64,000 bases of DNA from Octopus sinensis (lineage: Eukaryota). Made by a program: the position numbers and the translations under genes. This document shows, piece after piece, positions 51,541 through 63,355 of this stretch. The notes beneath the pieces are model-generated. The model was given only the letters and a program-made list of their open reading frames with translations, was not told the DNA's origin and did no database searches. Numbering within the stretch: the first letter of the stretch is position 1; every line of letters begins with the position of its first letter. The stretch is from positions 62,074,464-62,138,463 of the forward strand of contig NC_043011.1 in assembly GCF_006345805.1 (NCBI RefSeq), read 5' to 3'.

Positions 51541-52366
51541 TTCGGTGGCCTTCTTTCAGTTTCTGTTTACCAAATCCATTCAGAAGTCTTTGGCCATTGC
51601 CCGAGGCTATAGTAGAAGACACTTGTCGATGTGTCGCGCAGTGGAACTAAACACAGATCCATGTTGTTGGGAAGCAGGCTTCTTACCACTCGGCCGCACC
51701 TGTGCCTAGAGAACCACTTTTGAATAACTTTCAGTGTCCTCAGTGAAGAGGTGAATATCCACTGGCTGCTGCTGCTGTTGATGACCTTTTAAACAACATA
51801 GCCATACCTGTGACACCTGTTGAAAAAAATATGTGAGGACACCTTGGATACTGTAGCACTGTGTAGTACCTTATTTTCTGAATAAGCTGACACAATTGAT
51901 AAAACCTGTAGATTGTGTTTAATAATCTGATATTTAATCAATGACCACAACAAAAGGAAACCCAATACGCTGCTGCAGACTTTTGCCTGTTGTAATTTTT
52001 TACAATGGTTGTCCTACAATTAAGAATCATAATACATCGCGATGCTCTCTATTACATGAGTAAATAGTCTTTTATGTTTGCTTAAATCTGTATTTCTGCT
52101 GTATTTACGTTAGAAGAGACATCATCATCATCGTCATCATTATTATTACTATTAAAGAGGTGAACTGGCTGGATTGGTCACACGTTGGCCAAAATGCTTC
52201 GTGATATCTCTTCTGGCTCTATTACATTCTGAGTTCAAATTCTACCAAGGTCGACTTTACTTTCCATCTCTTTCAGGGTCAATAATTACCATTTAAGAAT
52301 TGGGGGGTCAATGAAATCAATCATATCCCTCCCAAAATTTTCAGGCCTTCTGCCTTTTGTGAAAGA

Positions 52367-52417
<51 letters not shown>

Positions 52418-53261
52418 TATTATTATTATTATTATTATATTATTTATTATTTCTATTATTATTATTATTATTATTATTATCATTATTATCATTATTAAGG
52501 CAGCAGGTTGGCAGAATTGTTAGCACACCAGGCGAAATGCTTAGTGGTATTTCATCTGCTGCTACATTCTGAGTTCAAATTCTGGCAAAATTTGAAGCCA
52601 TTATTATTATTATCATCGTCATCAAGGTGGCAAGGTAGTAGAGTCGTTAGTATGCTAGATGAAATACTGAGCAGCATTTCGTCTGTCTTAACATTCTGAG
52701 TTCAATTTCCACCAAGGTCAACTTTGCTTTTCATCTTTTCGGAGGTTGATAAATTAAGTACCAGTGAAACGCTAGGGGTCGATGTAATTGGCTCCTTCCC
52801 TTCCCCAAAACTGCTGCCCTTGTGGAAAACTTTCAAACCATTATCATTTTATGCTGATGCCACATGAAAAGCATCCAGTCCATACTGTAAAATGGTTGGC
52901 ATTTAGAAGGGCATTCAGCTGTAAAAATCTTGCCAAAACTGACCTCGCCTGTGCTTGTGCCACGTAAAAAGCACTCAGGGCATTCTGCTGGGTGGTTGGC
53001 ATTAAGAAGGGCATCCAACCGTAAAAAAAAAACCTGCCAAAACAGACACAAAAGTTTGGTGCATGCTCCTGCCTGGCCGGCTCCTGTCAAACCATCCAAT
53101 CCATGCCTGTGTGGAAGGCAGATGTTAAATGATGATGGTGGTGGTGAAAATAAGTTGACCACTGAAGTTGATAGAATCAACTTGCCCCTCACTCCCAAAA
53201 ATGTTGGAGTTGTGCAAAAGTTTGAAATCGATAATGCTAATCATTCTTCCTGTATGTACAA

Positions 53262-53490
53262 GGTCTGAAGTTTTTGTGGAGCCATTTTCAAAGAAGCCGG
53301 GGTGTGGGAAACATTTTCATGGAAGGGAGAGTAGAGGGTAGTCGATCAATAGGGAGGCAAAAGAACGCAGTGGATGGGGCCATATCATGGAGCTGGTTGG
53401 ACAAGAGCGGCAGGGCAGATGGAGGACTTGCGCTTAATTGGGAACACTTTCGCCGTAGTATTGTCAACATACTGCAAACATATGATACGC

Positions 53491-53520
<30 letters not shown>
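53262..53520 (+). mobile_element. BovB-like RTE 3' fragment (second RTE family)
   Basis: Translates LKFLWSHFQRSRGVGNIFMEGRVEGSRSIGRQKNAVDG, resembling KLKYFGH...MEGKVEG.R.RGRQ; (GAT)n tail. Confidence 0.7.
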
Positions 53521-53521
<1 letters not shown>

Positions 53522-53977
53522 TCAAAGATAATCATCAACATCATCAGCATCACCATTATTATTACCATTAAATCAAAATACTTAACATTTCTGCTGAAAT
53601 GTTAGGTCAGCTATGGAACACCAGCGAAGAAATAAATGTTATTGTTTATGGTGGGTGGAGTAAGTTAGGACACAGCACATGAACAAATAAATTAGAGACA
53701 AGTGATTGGTTGGTTTATGGAACATTATCTGTGAGCTTTCAGAGCAATATACTAAGAATGTGTAGAAAAGTTATGGAAGATCATCGGGGCAATGAATCTG
53801 TTATGGATCACTCACACAACAAAACAGAGAACAATGAAACCAGTCATTTAAATACTTTATAGAAGGAGAAATTCATTGAAGCGTTAAATTGCAGAACATG
53901 CATGAATGAGTTCAAACAATATGATATATGTTTGACTGATATAAATTGCAGTAATGGGTATAATATAAAATCATCAT

Positions 53978-54440
53978 CATCGTTTAACGTCCGTCCTCCA
54001 TGCTAGCATGGGTTGGACGGTTTGACCGGGGATCTGGGAAGCCAGAAGGCTGCACCAGGCTCCAGTCTTATCTGACAGTGTTTCTACAGCTGGATGCCCT
54101 TCCTAACGCCAACCACTCCGTGAGTGTAGTGGGTGCTTTTTACGTGCCACCTGCACAGGTGCCAGGCGAGGCTGGCAACGGCCACGGTCGATTGGTGTAT
54201 TTTATGTGCCACCGGCACGGAAGCCAGACGAGGCGGTGCTGGCATCGGCCACGAGTCGGATGGTGCTTTTTACGTACCACCAGACCAGGGATCCTGGCTG
54301 GTTCAATTCGATTTCGATTTCGCTTGCCCCAACATGTCTTCACAAGCAAGGGGGTTGGCATGGGTGCCTGTTGTACGGTCAGATTGGTGTATTTTACGTG
54401 CCACCGGCACGGAAGCCAGTGGAGGCGGCGCTGGCACATA
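53978..54440 (-). mobile_element. RTE 3' UTR/tail copy
   Basis: Reverse complement of the 26380-26748 tail with several gtgccaccggcac modules. Confidence 0.9.
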
Positions 54441-55029
54441 AATATACATGGGTGAGTGTATATATGTGTATAATATATATGTGTACAATATATATATATA
54501 TATATGTGAGCATGTGTATTTATGTATAATATATACATCAATGTTCACTAGAGGAATTATTCTGGCAAGTTAGGGACCTTACATTTGATTTACCAGGGAT
54601 GCAGAAGCGTCTTGTATAAAACATTGTTACTACCACCAGCACCACCACCACAACCACCACCACCAGCACAATCACCACCACAACTACCAGCACAACCACC
54701 GCCAGCACAACCACCGCCACAGCCACCACAACCATCACCATCATCATCATCCTCCTCATCTTGTTCTGTTTCCCCTCTTATTTCTCCTCTTCAGTGTTGT
54801 CATCATTTCTACTTCTTCCGCCACCATTACTACCACCTCCACAATAACCACCGTACTAACATCATCATCATCGCTAATATCATCATTACTATTGCATCGC
54901 CTAATTTGACTCACCTTGCCAGATTGGAAAATGGACATTAAGTGATGACAATGATGCACAAAAGTACATATACATACTAACATGCATATATATATGCGTA
55001 TGTGTGCTTATATATCCACACACACACAC

Positions 55030-55563
55030 ACATCACTGTATCGACCACACTATGAGACGTTGTTACACATCGCCGGTCACAATGCGCTTCCAACTCTCTC
55101 TTGATTGTTCCATTCTTTTCCGTCTTGGCCCAAGTCACTGAATTAAATTCTCTTCCTATCACCATGGAGGCCTTCTGAGTGACCTTTCCTGATGTCTTGG
55201 ACACCAAGCAGCAACTGCACAGGTCTACCCTGTTGGCTCCAAAACTTGCAGCCTGTCCGGCCCCTCCGGAACTTGTGCTTTTCTACGACCACATCATTCA
55301 CTCCTCTCCATTCTTGAATTATTTCATTTCAGATGTGCTCTTACAATAATGTTCCTTGCATGGATCTTTCTTCGGCCCTTTGCATCATAGCCAATCATTG
55401 TTCTTCTTTCTTCATAACGGCCCACATCTTGTGTATAAGAATGCAAGTCTTGTGGTGCCATTGAAGAATCTGGTATGTATGCTCTTGTCCAGCTTTGCTT
55501 TCTGCACTCCCTTTATTTCGGTAACTGCCTTCCATCCTGCCTTTATTCGCTTTGAAATTTCAG

Positions 55564-55565
<2 letters not shown>
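55030..55565 (-). mobile_element. Third RTE family, degraded RT C-terminal fragment
   Basis: AEISKRIKAGWKAVTEIKGVQKAKLDKSIHTRFFN..., then in a shifted frame TKKEEQ...QRAEERSM...EHI*NE...GVNDVVVEKHK, matching the RTE-1-like pattern EISRRIRAGW...QRAMERSM...HIRNE. Confidence 0.75.
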
Positions 55566-55604
<39 letters not shown>

Positions 55605-55875
55605 GCGCGCGCGCACACACACACACACACACACGCACACACACCACACACACACACACACATGTATACATATATATGTTTCTTTTCTTTTATTCTTTTA
55701 CTTGTTTCAGTCACTTGACTGCAGCCATACTGGAGCACCGCCTTTAGTCGAACAAGTCAACCCCATGACTTATTCTTTGTAAGCCTAGTACTTATTCTAT
55801 CGGTCTCTTTTGCCGAACTGTTAAGTTACGGGGATGTAAACACCAACATCAGGTGTCAAGCAAATAATAAATACA

Positions 55876-55938
<63 letters not shown>

Positions 55939-56476
55939 AAAAACAAGAAGAAAGTGGAGAATAAATGGATATAATTACTGCTTTATTTGCATGTTGTAGA
56001 AAGATGATGTTTAATTGAAAAAGCATTACAAATAAATTGAAAGTTAAAAGCTCAAAAAAGTTAAGGACCTACATATATGTTTCTGTCCGACCAATAAGTA
56101 GATGGGAATTTCCAAAATATGCTGTTGAATGCCAAAAAAATTGCCACATTCATACTATTTTGTGGTTGGATTTCTTCAGGGTTCAAAGAGTGTTAACTCC
56201 ACTTGGGTGACCATTATATCTTTTGAGGGAAATGGAAATACTTTGGATTATAAAACTCCTAATGAGGACTTAACTTCTTTGAATTAACTATATATATATA
56301 TATATATATAATATATTAATTAGTGAAAAAAACCACTATTATGCAATTTTTTTCTAATTTATATATTATATATTTATATTGTGAAATTTGATTTAATGCT
56401 AAATTGAATTTTTCCCTGTAAGTTTGGAGTTATATTCCCTAATATTATTATTATCATTATTATTATTATTATTATT

Positions 56477-57009
56477 GAGTGAGCGAGCAGTGCATGCCAT
56501 CAAAGTGACACTGGGGTAAAATATACGAAGCCCAGTATACCCATCATGACTACCCGTCTGATAAGGGTACACCAGGCACATGCATCACAACCATATGTGC
56601 GCGACATGGTGATCTCATATCAAGATAAACAACACATGACCTTGCAGGTGGAGCCCAGTTAGAATTTTCTTCAGATCGAGTAACCCATCCCGCGCAAAAG
56701 GTCCCTGAATAAGGGTTGTTTAAGGACGTTGAACGAAACACCCATGTTTCCAGAGGTGAATTATTCAAACCCCAAAGAATCCTTCTCAACACATGGCTAT
56801 GATGCTCCCCCACTACTTCTGCTCGTGATCAGAGATGCACATATCGTCAGCCACTAAGGGACATGCTCAACTGGTTAAGGTCAAACAACTGACTAGCAAA
56901 TCTGTGGTATTGAGCAGAATATTTGCTGTAGCCCATCTTTTATACCAAGACAAAACAATGTATATGATAACACTTCCAATCAGTTAAGATCAGAAGCCAT
57001 GAGAGCCAC
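56477..57009 (-). mobile_element. Unclassified ~530 bp non-coding retro-like element (family E) ending in (AAT)n
   Basis: Inverted homolog at 61347-61871; 3' 120 bp again at 63111-63229. No ORF and no tRNA head recognised. Confidence 0.8.
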
Positions 57010-57731
57010 TTTATTTATTATTATCATTATTATCATATATATATATATATATATATATTTAGGGAAGCAAGCTTTTTACAAACATGCATATATACACACA
57101 CACACTAGGGGCTTCAATACCGTTTCCATCATTCCAGATAATTTGCTTACAGGTAACTGGTCAGCTTCAGAGTATAGCAAAATCCCTTGGTGAAAGGTGC
57201 TGCACATCAGGACTGAACCCCCAAAACTATGTAATCGCAAGGCAAACTTCTTTATCACACAGCCATATCTGCACCTCTATTTATTTATTTATTTATTTAT
57301 CTTTTTTATAAACCCTACGTCTTCAAGATAGCATGTTAGCACTCATTAAGCTAAATGACATTGTAAATTAGATTCTTGATGGTAGTGTAACTTCATGGGC
57401 GTGGGGGGAGGCAGGGTGTTGAGGTAGAATAAAGGAGACTAGAATCTTCTGTTTGTGATGAAAACATGTAAAATTCCTGAAAACAAGACATGTTTGTCTG
57501 CAACAAAATAATACAAATAGATTAAATAGGTTTCTTTTGCTGTATTTTCAATTTACTGATGAGATTGTTGATTCAGATCAGTGAAAGGAAGTTAAATGAG
57601 TTTCCTCACAGGACCATCACCTCTGACATTTCACGCTTAATTCCAAGTTTTTTTGTTTTTTTGTTTATAATGAGAATCAACATTGACATTTCTCTTATCT
57701 CTATTTTAAAATGCATTTTGTTTTTCGTTTT

Positions 57732-57813
<82 letters not shown>

Positions 57814-58029
57814 TGTTTGTATATCATCCCCATCATCATCTTCGTTAGCATCGTAATAAAGCATCTGTCATCTTCATCATCGTCATCATGTTCATCATCA
57901 TCTTTATTGGCATCATCACCATCACCATCATCATCATCATCATCATCAACTTCCATTTCTGGTATGAGTTGAATGAATTAGGATAGCCATACTCTGAATC
58001 AATTTTGTTACTGCTCACTAGAACATTCC

Positions 58030-58125
<96 letters not shown>

Positions 58126-58139
58126 TAAAAAAATAAGGA

Positions 58140-58700
58140 TAAAACTAAGTTTATCCAGAGAGATATTTCAAATTACTATGCTTCTATAAACCCAATACTA
58201 CTCAATAAGGCTCTGATGTTTGCAAAGGAAAACTCAGAAATTGTACTGCAAAACCATACAGGTCTGGAACCAATAGATGTGGCCTATGTTTAGAAGAATT
58301 TCACAGGATTTTCACATCCGAGGGTAATGTAATAAATGCTAGACAGGAGCAAGCATTGGGATCCTTCCACATGAGGAAATTCACATTTGCCAAGTATAAA
58401 TTAAAAACTATCGTGTAAACTATACAAGGTTTTGAGATGATGGATTAAAAATGATTATCCAATAAGAACTTGAAATAGAGATTGTTCACATCTGATTTAA
58501 CAGACAGCTCTACATTATACAACGCAGAGTTTATGAAAGATAATCTTTAAACAGCCATACCGACAGATATCAAGTTAAGACCCTGAAGAGACTGCACCGT
58601 TTTTATAGTAAGGTTGTAATAGCAACGGTGACTAATCGGTGTGGTAGAAACATGGGTTGGTCTTAAAAGGCAGAATATAATTATAGAATTAAAGGTAATG
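58140..58700 (+). mobile_element. Internally deleted Penelope-like element: RT fragment fused to endonuclease C-terminus, then pLTR
   Basis: KTKFIQRDISNYYASINPILLNKALMFAKE resembles the PLE RT motif FIQFDI..FYPSI...LL.KAL.FA. In another frame it joins AKPYRSGTNRCGLCLEE...INARQE...HMRKF, the Cys-containing C-terminus of PLE GIY-YIG domains. Confidence 0.8.
58575..58666 (+). ncRNA. Type I hammerhead ribozyme candidate with long stem II loop
   Basis: Perfect 8-bp stem I ttaagacc/ggtcttaa. CUGAAGA at 58583-89. 9-bp stem II actgcaccg/cggtgtggt. GAAAC at 58647-51, loop augg, GUU at 58656-58. Stem II closing pair is a G-A mismatch. Confidence 0.75.
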
Positions 58701-58766
58701 CTATTGCTACTTTGGAGTAATCATTATTTTTAATATTCCCAATATAAAGATATATATATATATATC

Positions 58767-59018
58767 AATAAGCAACAGAAGGTAATGCAGTACGATCGTT
58801 TCAAGCAACTCCATTTAATTGAACAATGCAACCATCTTGGAGGTTTTTGGTAAAATTATACTAATGCGTCCATCTGTTTTAATTCAATTTGATTCAATGT
58901 ATTTGTGCTGCTGAGGACAGCCCTGCATTTAAATTGATGTAATGGTTGCATTGTTCAATTAAATGGAATTGCTTGAAACGATCGTATTGCATTACCTCTG
59001 GATATCCTGTTGCTTATT
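58767..59018. mobile_element. MITE-like element with long terminal inverted repeats
   Basis: 58781-58835 pairs with 58942-58996 (55 bp, 2 mismatches); extends via aataagcaacag/ctgttgcttatt. No TSD identified. Confidence 0.8.
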
Positions 59019-59104
59019 TTGATTTTAATCACCTTATTTTGAAACTGTATGGATAATACCATACTAAATTCTGGTGCCTCAACTTAAGTACCTAATTCAT
59101 CTGA

Positions 59105-59190
<86 letters not shown>

Positions 59191-59191
59191 G

Positions 59192-59243
<52 letters not shown>

Positions 59244-59657
59244 ATATATATATATATATATGTATATATCTTGTATCATATGTGTGTGTGTGTGTCTGTA
59301 TCTCTCTGTGTATCTGACTATATGTCTATTTATCTATCTATCAAAAAGTGAACCTATTATTTGTTGTGAAGTGGTTGGCATTAGGAAACACATCCAACAA
59401 CCATCAATCATCTCAAAGAAAACACTGGAACATGTGGCAATCCTTGGATCCATTTCATTCTATCATGTCAGCATGGAACATGGACATTGAACAATGATGA
59501 AATGATGATGATGTTATATGCATGTATGAATATATATATATATAATATATATATATAATATATATATATATATACACACACAGACACAGATATCCATTCA
59601 TATAGAATACCACTGCATATTATTTTATTTTATTTTGCATATGTGTGTATATATATA

Positions 59658-59700
<43 letters not shown>

Positions 59701-60094
59701 GATATATGTAATGCATATGCTTTAATCATTTCCCTTTATGTATATTTATTATTGGTCATTTTTTTTCCCTTAATTCTTTTACAGCAAATATATTATATTA
59801 TATTATATATATATATATTATATATATATATATATTCATGTATTTGATATTGTATGTTTTTAATGTGTTTAATATCACTTCCTCACTTTCTCCATCAATT
59901 TTTTACAGCAAACTAAAATGTATCTTGGTTATACATAAATTCATGAATATATATATATATATACATACACAGACACACATATATATATATATGTATATAC
60001 ACACACACACACACGCACACACATATACAAATGCATACATGATTATTGCTGTTCATTCTCAGTTTTACAATGGAATTTCTCCTATCTATAACAG

Positions 60095-60127
60095 GGATGC
60101 TGCGGAAAAATTCCCTCTCTGCCAACA
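60095..60127 (+). CDS. Speculative GPCR exon 3 candidate (G-MLRKNSLSAN)
   Basis: Acceptor tttctcctatctataacag, phase 1 matching exon 2, donor a|GTAAGG. No homology support. Confidence 0.2.
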
Positions 60128-60330
60128 GTAAGGTCAACATACCCGATGCCGTTAGGTGACCCAAGACTCCTGTTTTTGTTTTGTTGTTTGTTTTTGTTTG
60201 TTTTCTCTTAGTATTTCATTTCGTATGATAGCCACCATGTTTCTGAACACTTTGTTTTTTAAAAAAATCATTTTTGCATGTTCTACTGCAAGGTTTTTCA
60301 AACATTCCTTTGTCCCCATCCTCTTTACAG

Positions 60331-60359
60331 AACAGGCAGAACCTGAACATGAAATCTGA
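60331..60359 (+). CDS. Speculative GPCR terminal exon candidate (x-QAEPEHEI*)
   Basis: Strong acceptor cattcctttgtccccatcctctttacag, phase-1 compatible, TGA at 60357-59, AATAAA at 60367. No homology support. Confidence 0.25.
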
Positions 60360-61019
60360 ATTGTAAAATAAATTTTAAAGCACCCCAGATCTTATTGTCC
60401 AGTCTATTTAATTTCATGAAATTTGAAAGTGAAAGTAGATTCAAACTGCTTCCCAGCTTGTTTTGCATCACAGTCCAGTTTTGTGCATGGCCTTTTCCCC
60501 ACAGACTGAGGGATCTTGTGCAGAACAGAACACAATAGCATACACCATATAGAATTTAATTATTACGTATCAAATACATATATATATATAATATGTATAT
60601 AAATACATATAATCCAAAAATACCTTGCAGTTAGTGTTACTCAGTAAAACAGAAATGAAATTTGAAAATTTACTCTTTATGTGTGGCCAAGTACTAGCCT
60701 GCAACTTGGTGGTTGGGGGACTCGTGCCTTTCAGTATTATAGATAAACCCCTAGTGGGCCCTAGTGTTATGAAGTTTCACTTCATTTTCAGTCAAAGCCC
60801 CTGATGAATGTCACTTCTGAAAGCAGCATGCAGTCATCTAAATCATTTTTGCTTGTTTTTCTTATTTTGATATTCTCCTTCAGTAATATCTTGTCTTTGT
60901 TTGGATACTCCTGACAATGAAAAGGCACAACAAATGCACATACACATGAATGCATACATGTGCACATATCCAAGATGCACATATATACAATCATGCACGC
61001 ACACACATATACGTATATA

Positions 61020-61325
61020 CACCGGTGGCAGGTAAAAAGCACCATCCGACCATAGCCGTTGCCAGCTTTGTCTGGTCCCCGTGTCGGTGGCACGTAAGAA
61101 GCACCATCCGATCGTGGCCGTTTGCCAGCCTCGTCTGGCACCTGTGCCGGTGGCATGTAAAAAGCACCCACTACACTCACGGAGTGGTTGGCGTTAGGAA
61201 GGGCATCCAGCTGTAGAAACATTGCCAGATCAGACTGGAGCCTGGTGCAGCCTTCTGGCTTCCCAGATCCCCGGTCGAACTGTCCAACCCATGCCAGCAT
61301 GGAAAGTGGACTTTAAACGATAATG
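61020..61325 (+). mobile_element. RTE 3' tail copy
   Basis: Three ggtggca modules and ccatgccagcatggaaagtggactttaaac(gat)n. Confidence 0.9.
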
Positions 61326-61346
61326 ATGATAATGATGGTGACACCA

Positions 61347-61871
61347 CATGGCTTTCATGGTTTCTGATCTTAACTGATTGAAAGTGTTATCCTGTATATT
61401 GTTTTGTCTTGGTATAAAAGATGGGCCACAGCAAATATTCTGCTCAATACCACAGATTTGCTTGTCAGTTGTTTGACCATAACTAGTTGAGCATGTCTTT
61501 TGGTGGCTGACGATATGTGCATCTCTGATCATGAGCAGTAGTGGGGGAGCATCATAGCCATGTTTTGAGAGGAATTCTTTGGGGTTTGGATAATTCACCT
61601 CTGGAAAAATGATGTTTTGGTCAACATCCTTAAACAACCCTTATTCAGGAACTATTTGAGTGGGATGGGCTACTCAACCTGAAGAAAATCCTAACTAGGC
61701 CCAGTTACAAAGTCATGTGTTGTTAGACTTTATATGAAATCACCATGTCATGCACATATGGTTGTGATGCATGAGTTTGGCATACCCTTATCAGACTGGT
61801 CGATATGAAGGGTATACTGAGCTTTGTATATTTTACCCCAGTGTCTCTTTGATGGCATGCACTGCTCTCTC
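61347..61871 (+). mobile_element. Family E element, second copy
   Basis: Reverse complement of 56477-57009 with scattered substitutions. Confidence 0.8.
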
Positions 61872-62011
61872 ATACATGCAACACACACACAGATGCCTCT
61901 CAGGTGGGCATTTCGTAGTCTTGTACTCTCAGCTATATGAATGTCATGAAAACTTGGAGCATGAGTGCCACCTTATTTGGGCCAACTCCCTTGGGATAGA
62001 CTTCTTATATA

Positions 62012-62043
<32 letters not shown>

Positions 62044-62889
62044 CATATATATGTATCTACATTCTCGGAGTGGTTGGCATTAGGAAGGGCATCCAGCTGT
62101 AGAAACTCTGCCAGATCAAGATTGGAGCCTGGTGCAGGCATCTGGTTCGCCAGCCCTCAGTCAAAATCGTCCAACCCATGCTAGCATGGAAAGCAGATGT
62201 TAAACGATGATGATGATGACACACACATATACGTTTACTACATACGTGTATGTATATATGCATGTGTGTCTGTGTGTATCTTGTGTACCAAGACTGAATT
62301 TCACCTCCCCCACACACACGCAAAAGAATAAACAAGCAAGAAATTAAAATCTAAGCAAAACTAAGAAACATAGTTAATCCCCTCGTCAAAACCATGTGAC
62401 TTATGTTTCTATCTCTGTTCCTTGTATCCCTAGAGTTACCTACCCCTGAGTATCCTACCCACGAGTTACCTACCCCTGGTGAATTCCCGTTTGAAAAGCC
62501 TTGCTCTAGTGATTGCCGTAGAAACGAATGAAGGAATCGTCACGGATTTTAGATTATTTGTTTGTTTTTGTTGTTGTTTTGTTGTTGTTCACTCCTGCCT
62601 GATGTTCATTTTGGTTCTTTTTTTTTTTGATTATTAATCTTTAGAATTTCTGCATGCCTTAGTTTCAATTTCGGAACGGAATTACTTTTGTTTTCTTACA
62701 GATTCTTCAAATATATTTTATTAATTGTATACATTTATGTGTTCCTGTCTATGTGTATCTGTGTCTATATCGTATATGTGTGTGTGTGTGTTTACATATT
62801 ACAATATATTATGTAATATGTATTGCATATAATATATTAATATATAATGTGTGTCTGTATGCATGTATATTTGTTATTTGTTTATCATA

Positions 62890-62895
62890 TTATTA

Positions 62896-62968
<73 letters not shown>

Positions 62969-63304
62969 CATCATCATCATCATCATCATTATTATTACTG
63001 TTTATAATTTTTGTGTTTATAATTGTTATTGTTTTGTGTTTTTTGTAGTTCATGCTAGTCAGTTGGTTGGATGGTTGGTATAGTGATTGTCATTATTATT
63101 ATTATTATTGAGTGAGAGAGCAGTGCATACCATCAAAGTGACACTGGGGTAAAATATACGAAGCCCAATATACCCATCAAGACTACCCGTCTGATAAGGG
63201 TACACCAGGCACATGCATCAGAACCATATGTTTATTATTATTATTATTATTATTAATTATTATTATTATTATTATTATTACTATTATTATTATTATTATT
63301 ATTA

Positions 63305-63342
<38 letters not shown>

Positions 63343-63355
63343 GTTATTACTATTA
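62890..63355. repeat. (ATT)n/(ATC)n microsatellite field with a family E 3' fragment inserted
   Basis: Trinucleotide runs on both sides of 63111-63229. Confidence 0.9.

Noticed and set aside
57556-57590. CTGATGAG...GAAA hammerhead-like string
   Set aside because: The CTGAT is itself paired in an actgat/atcagt hairpin; stems I-III cannot be formed.
60800-60825. CTGATGAA...GAAAGC near the GPCR 3' candidates
   Set aside because: No stem II pairing and no complementary stem I or III strands in type I or type III topology.
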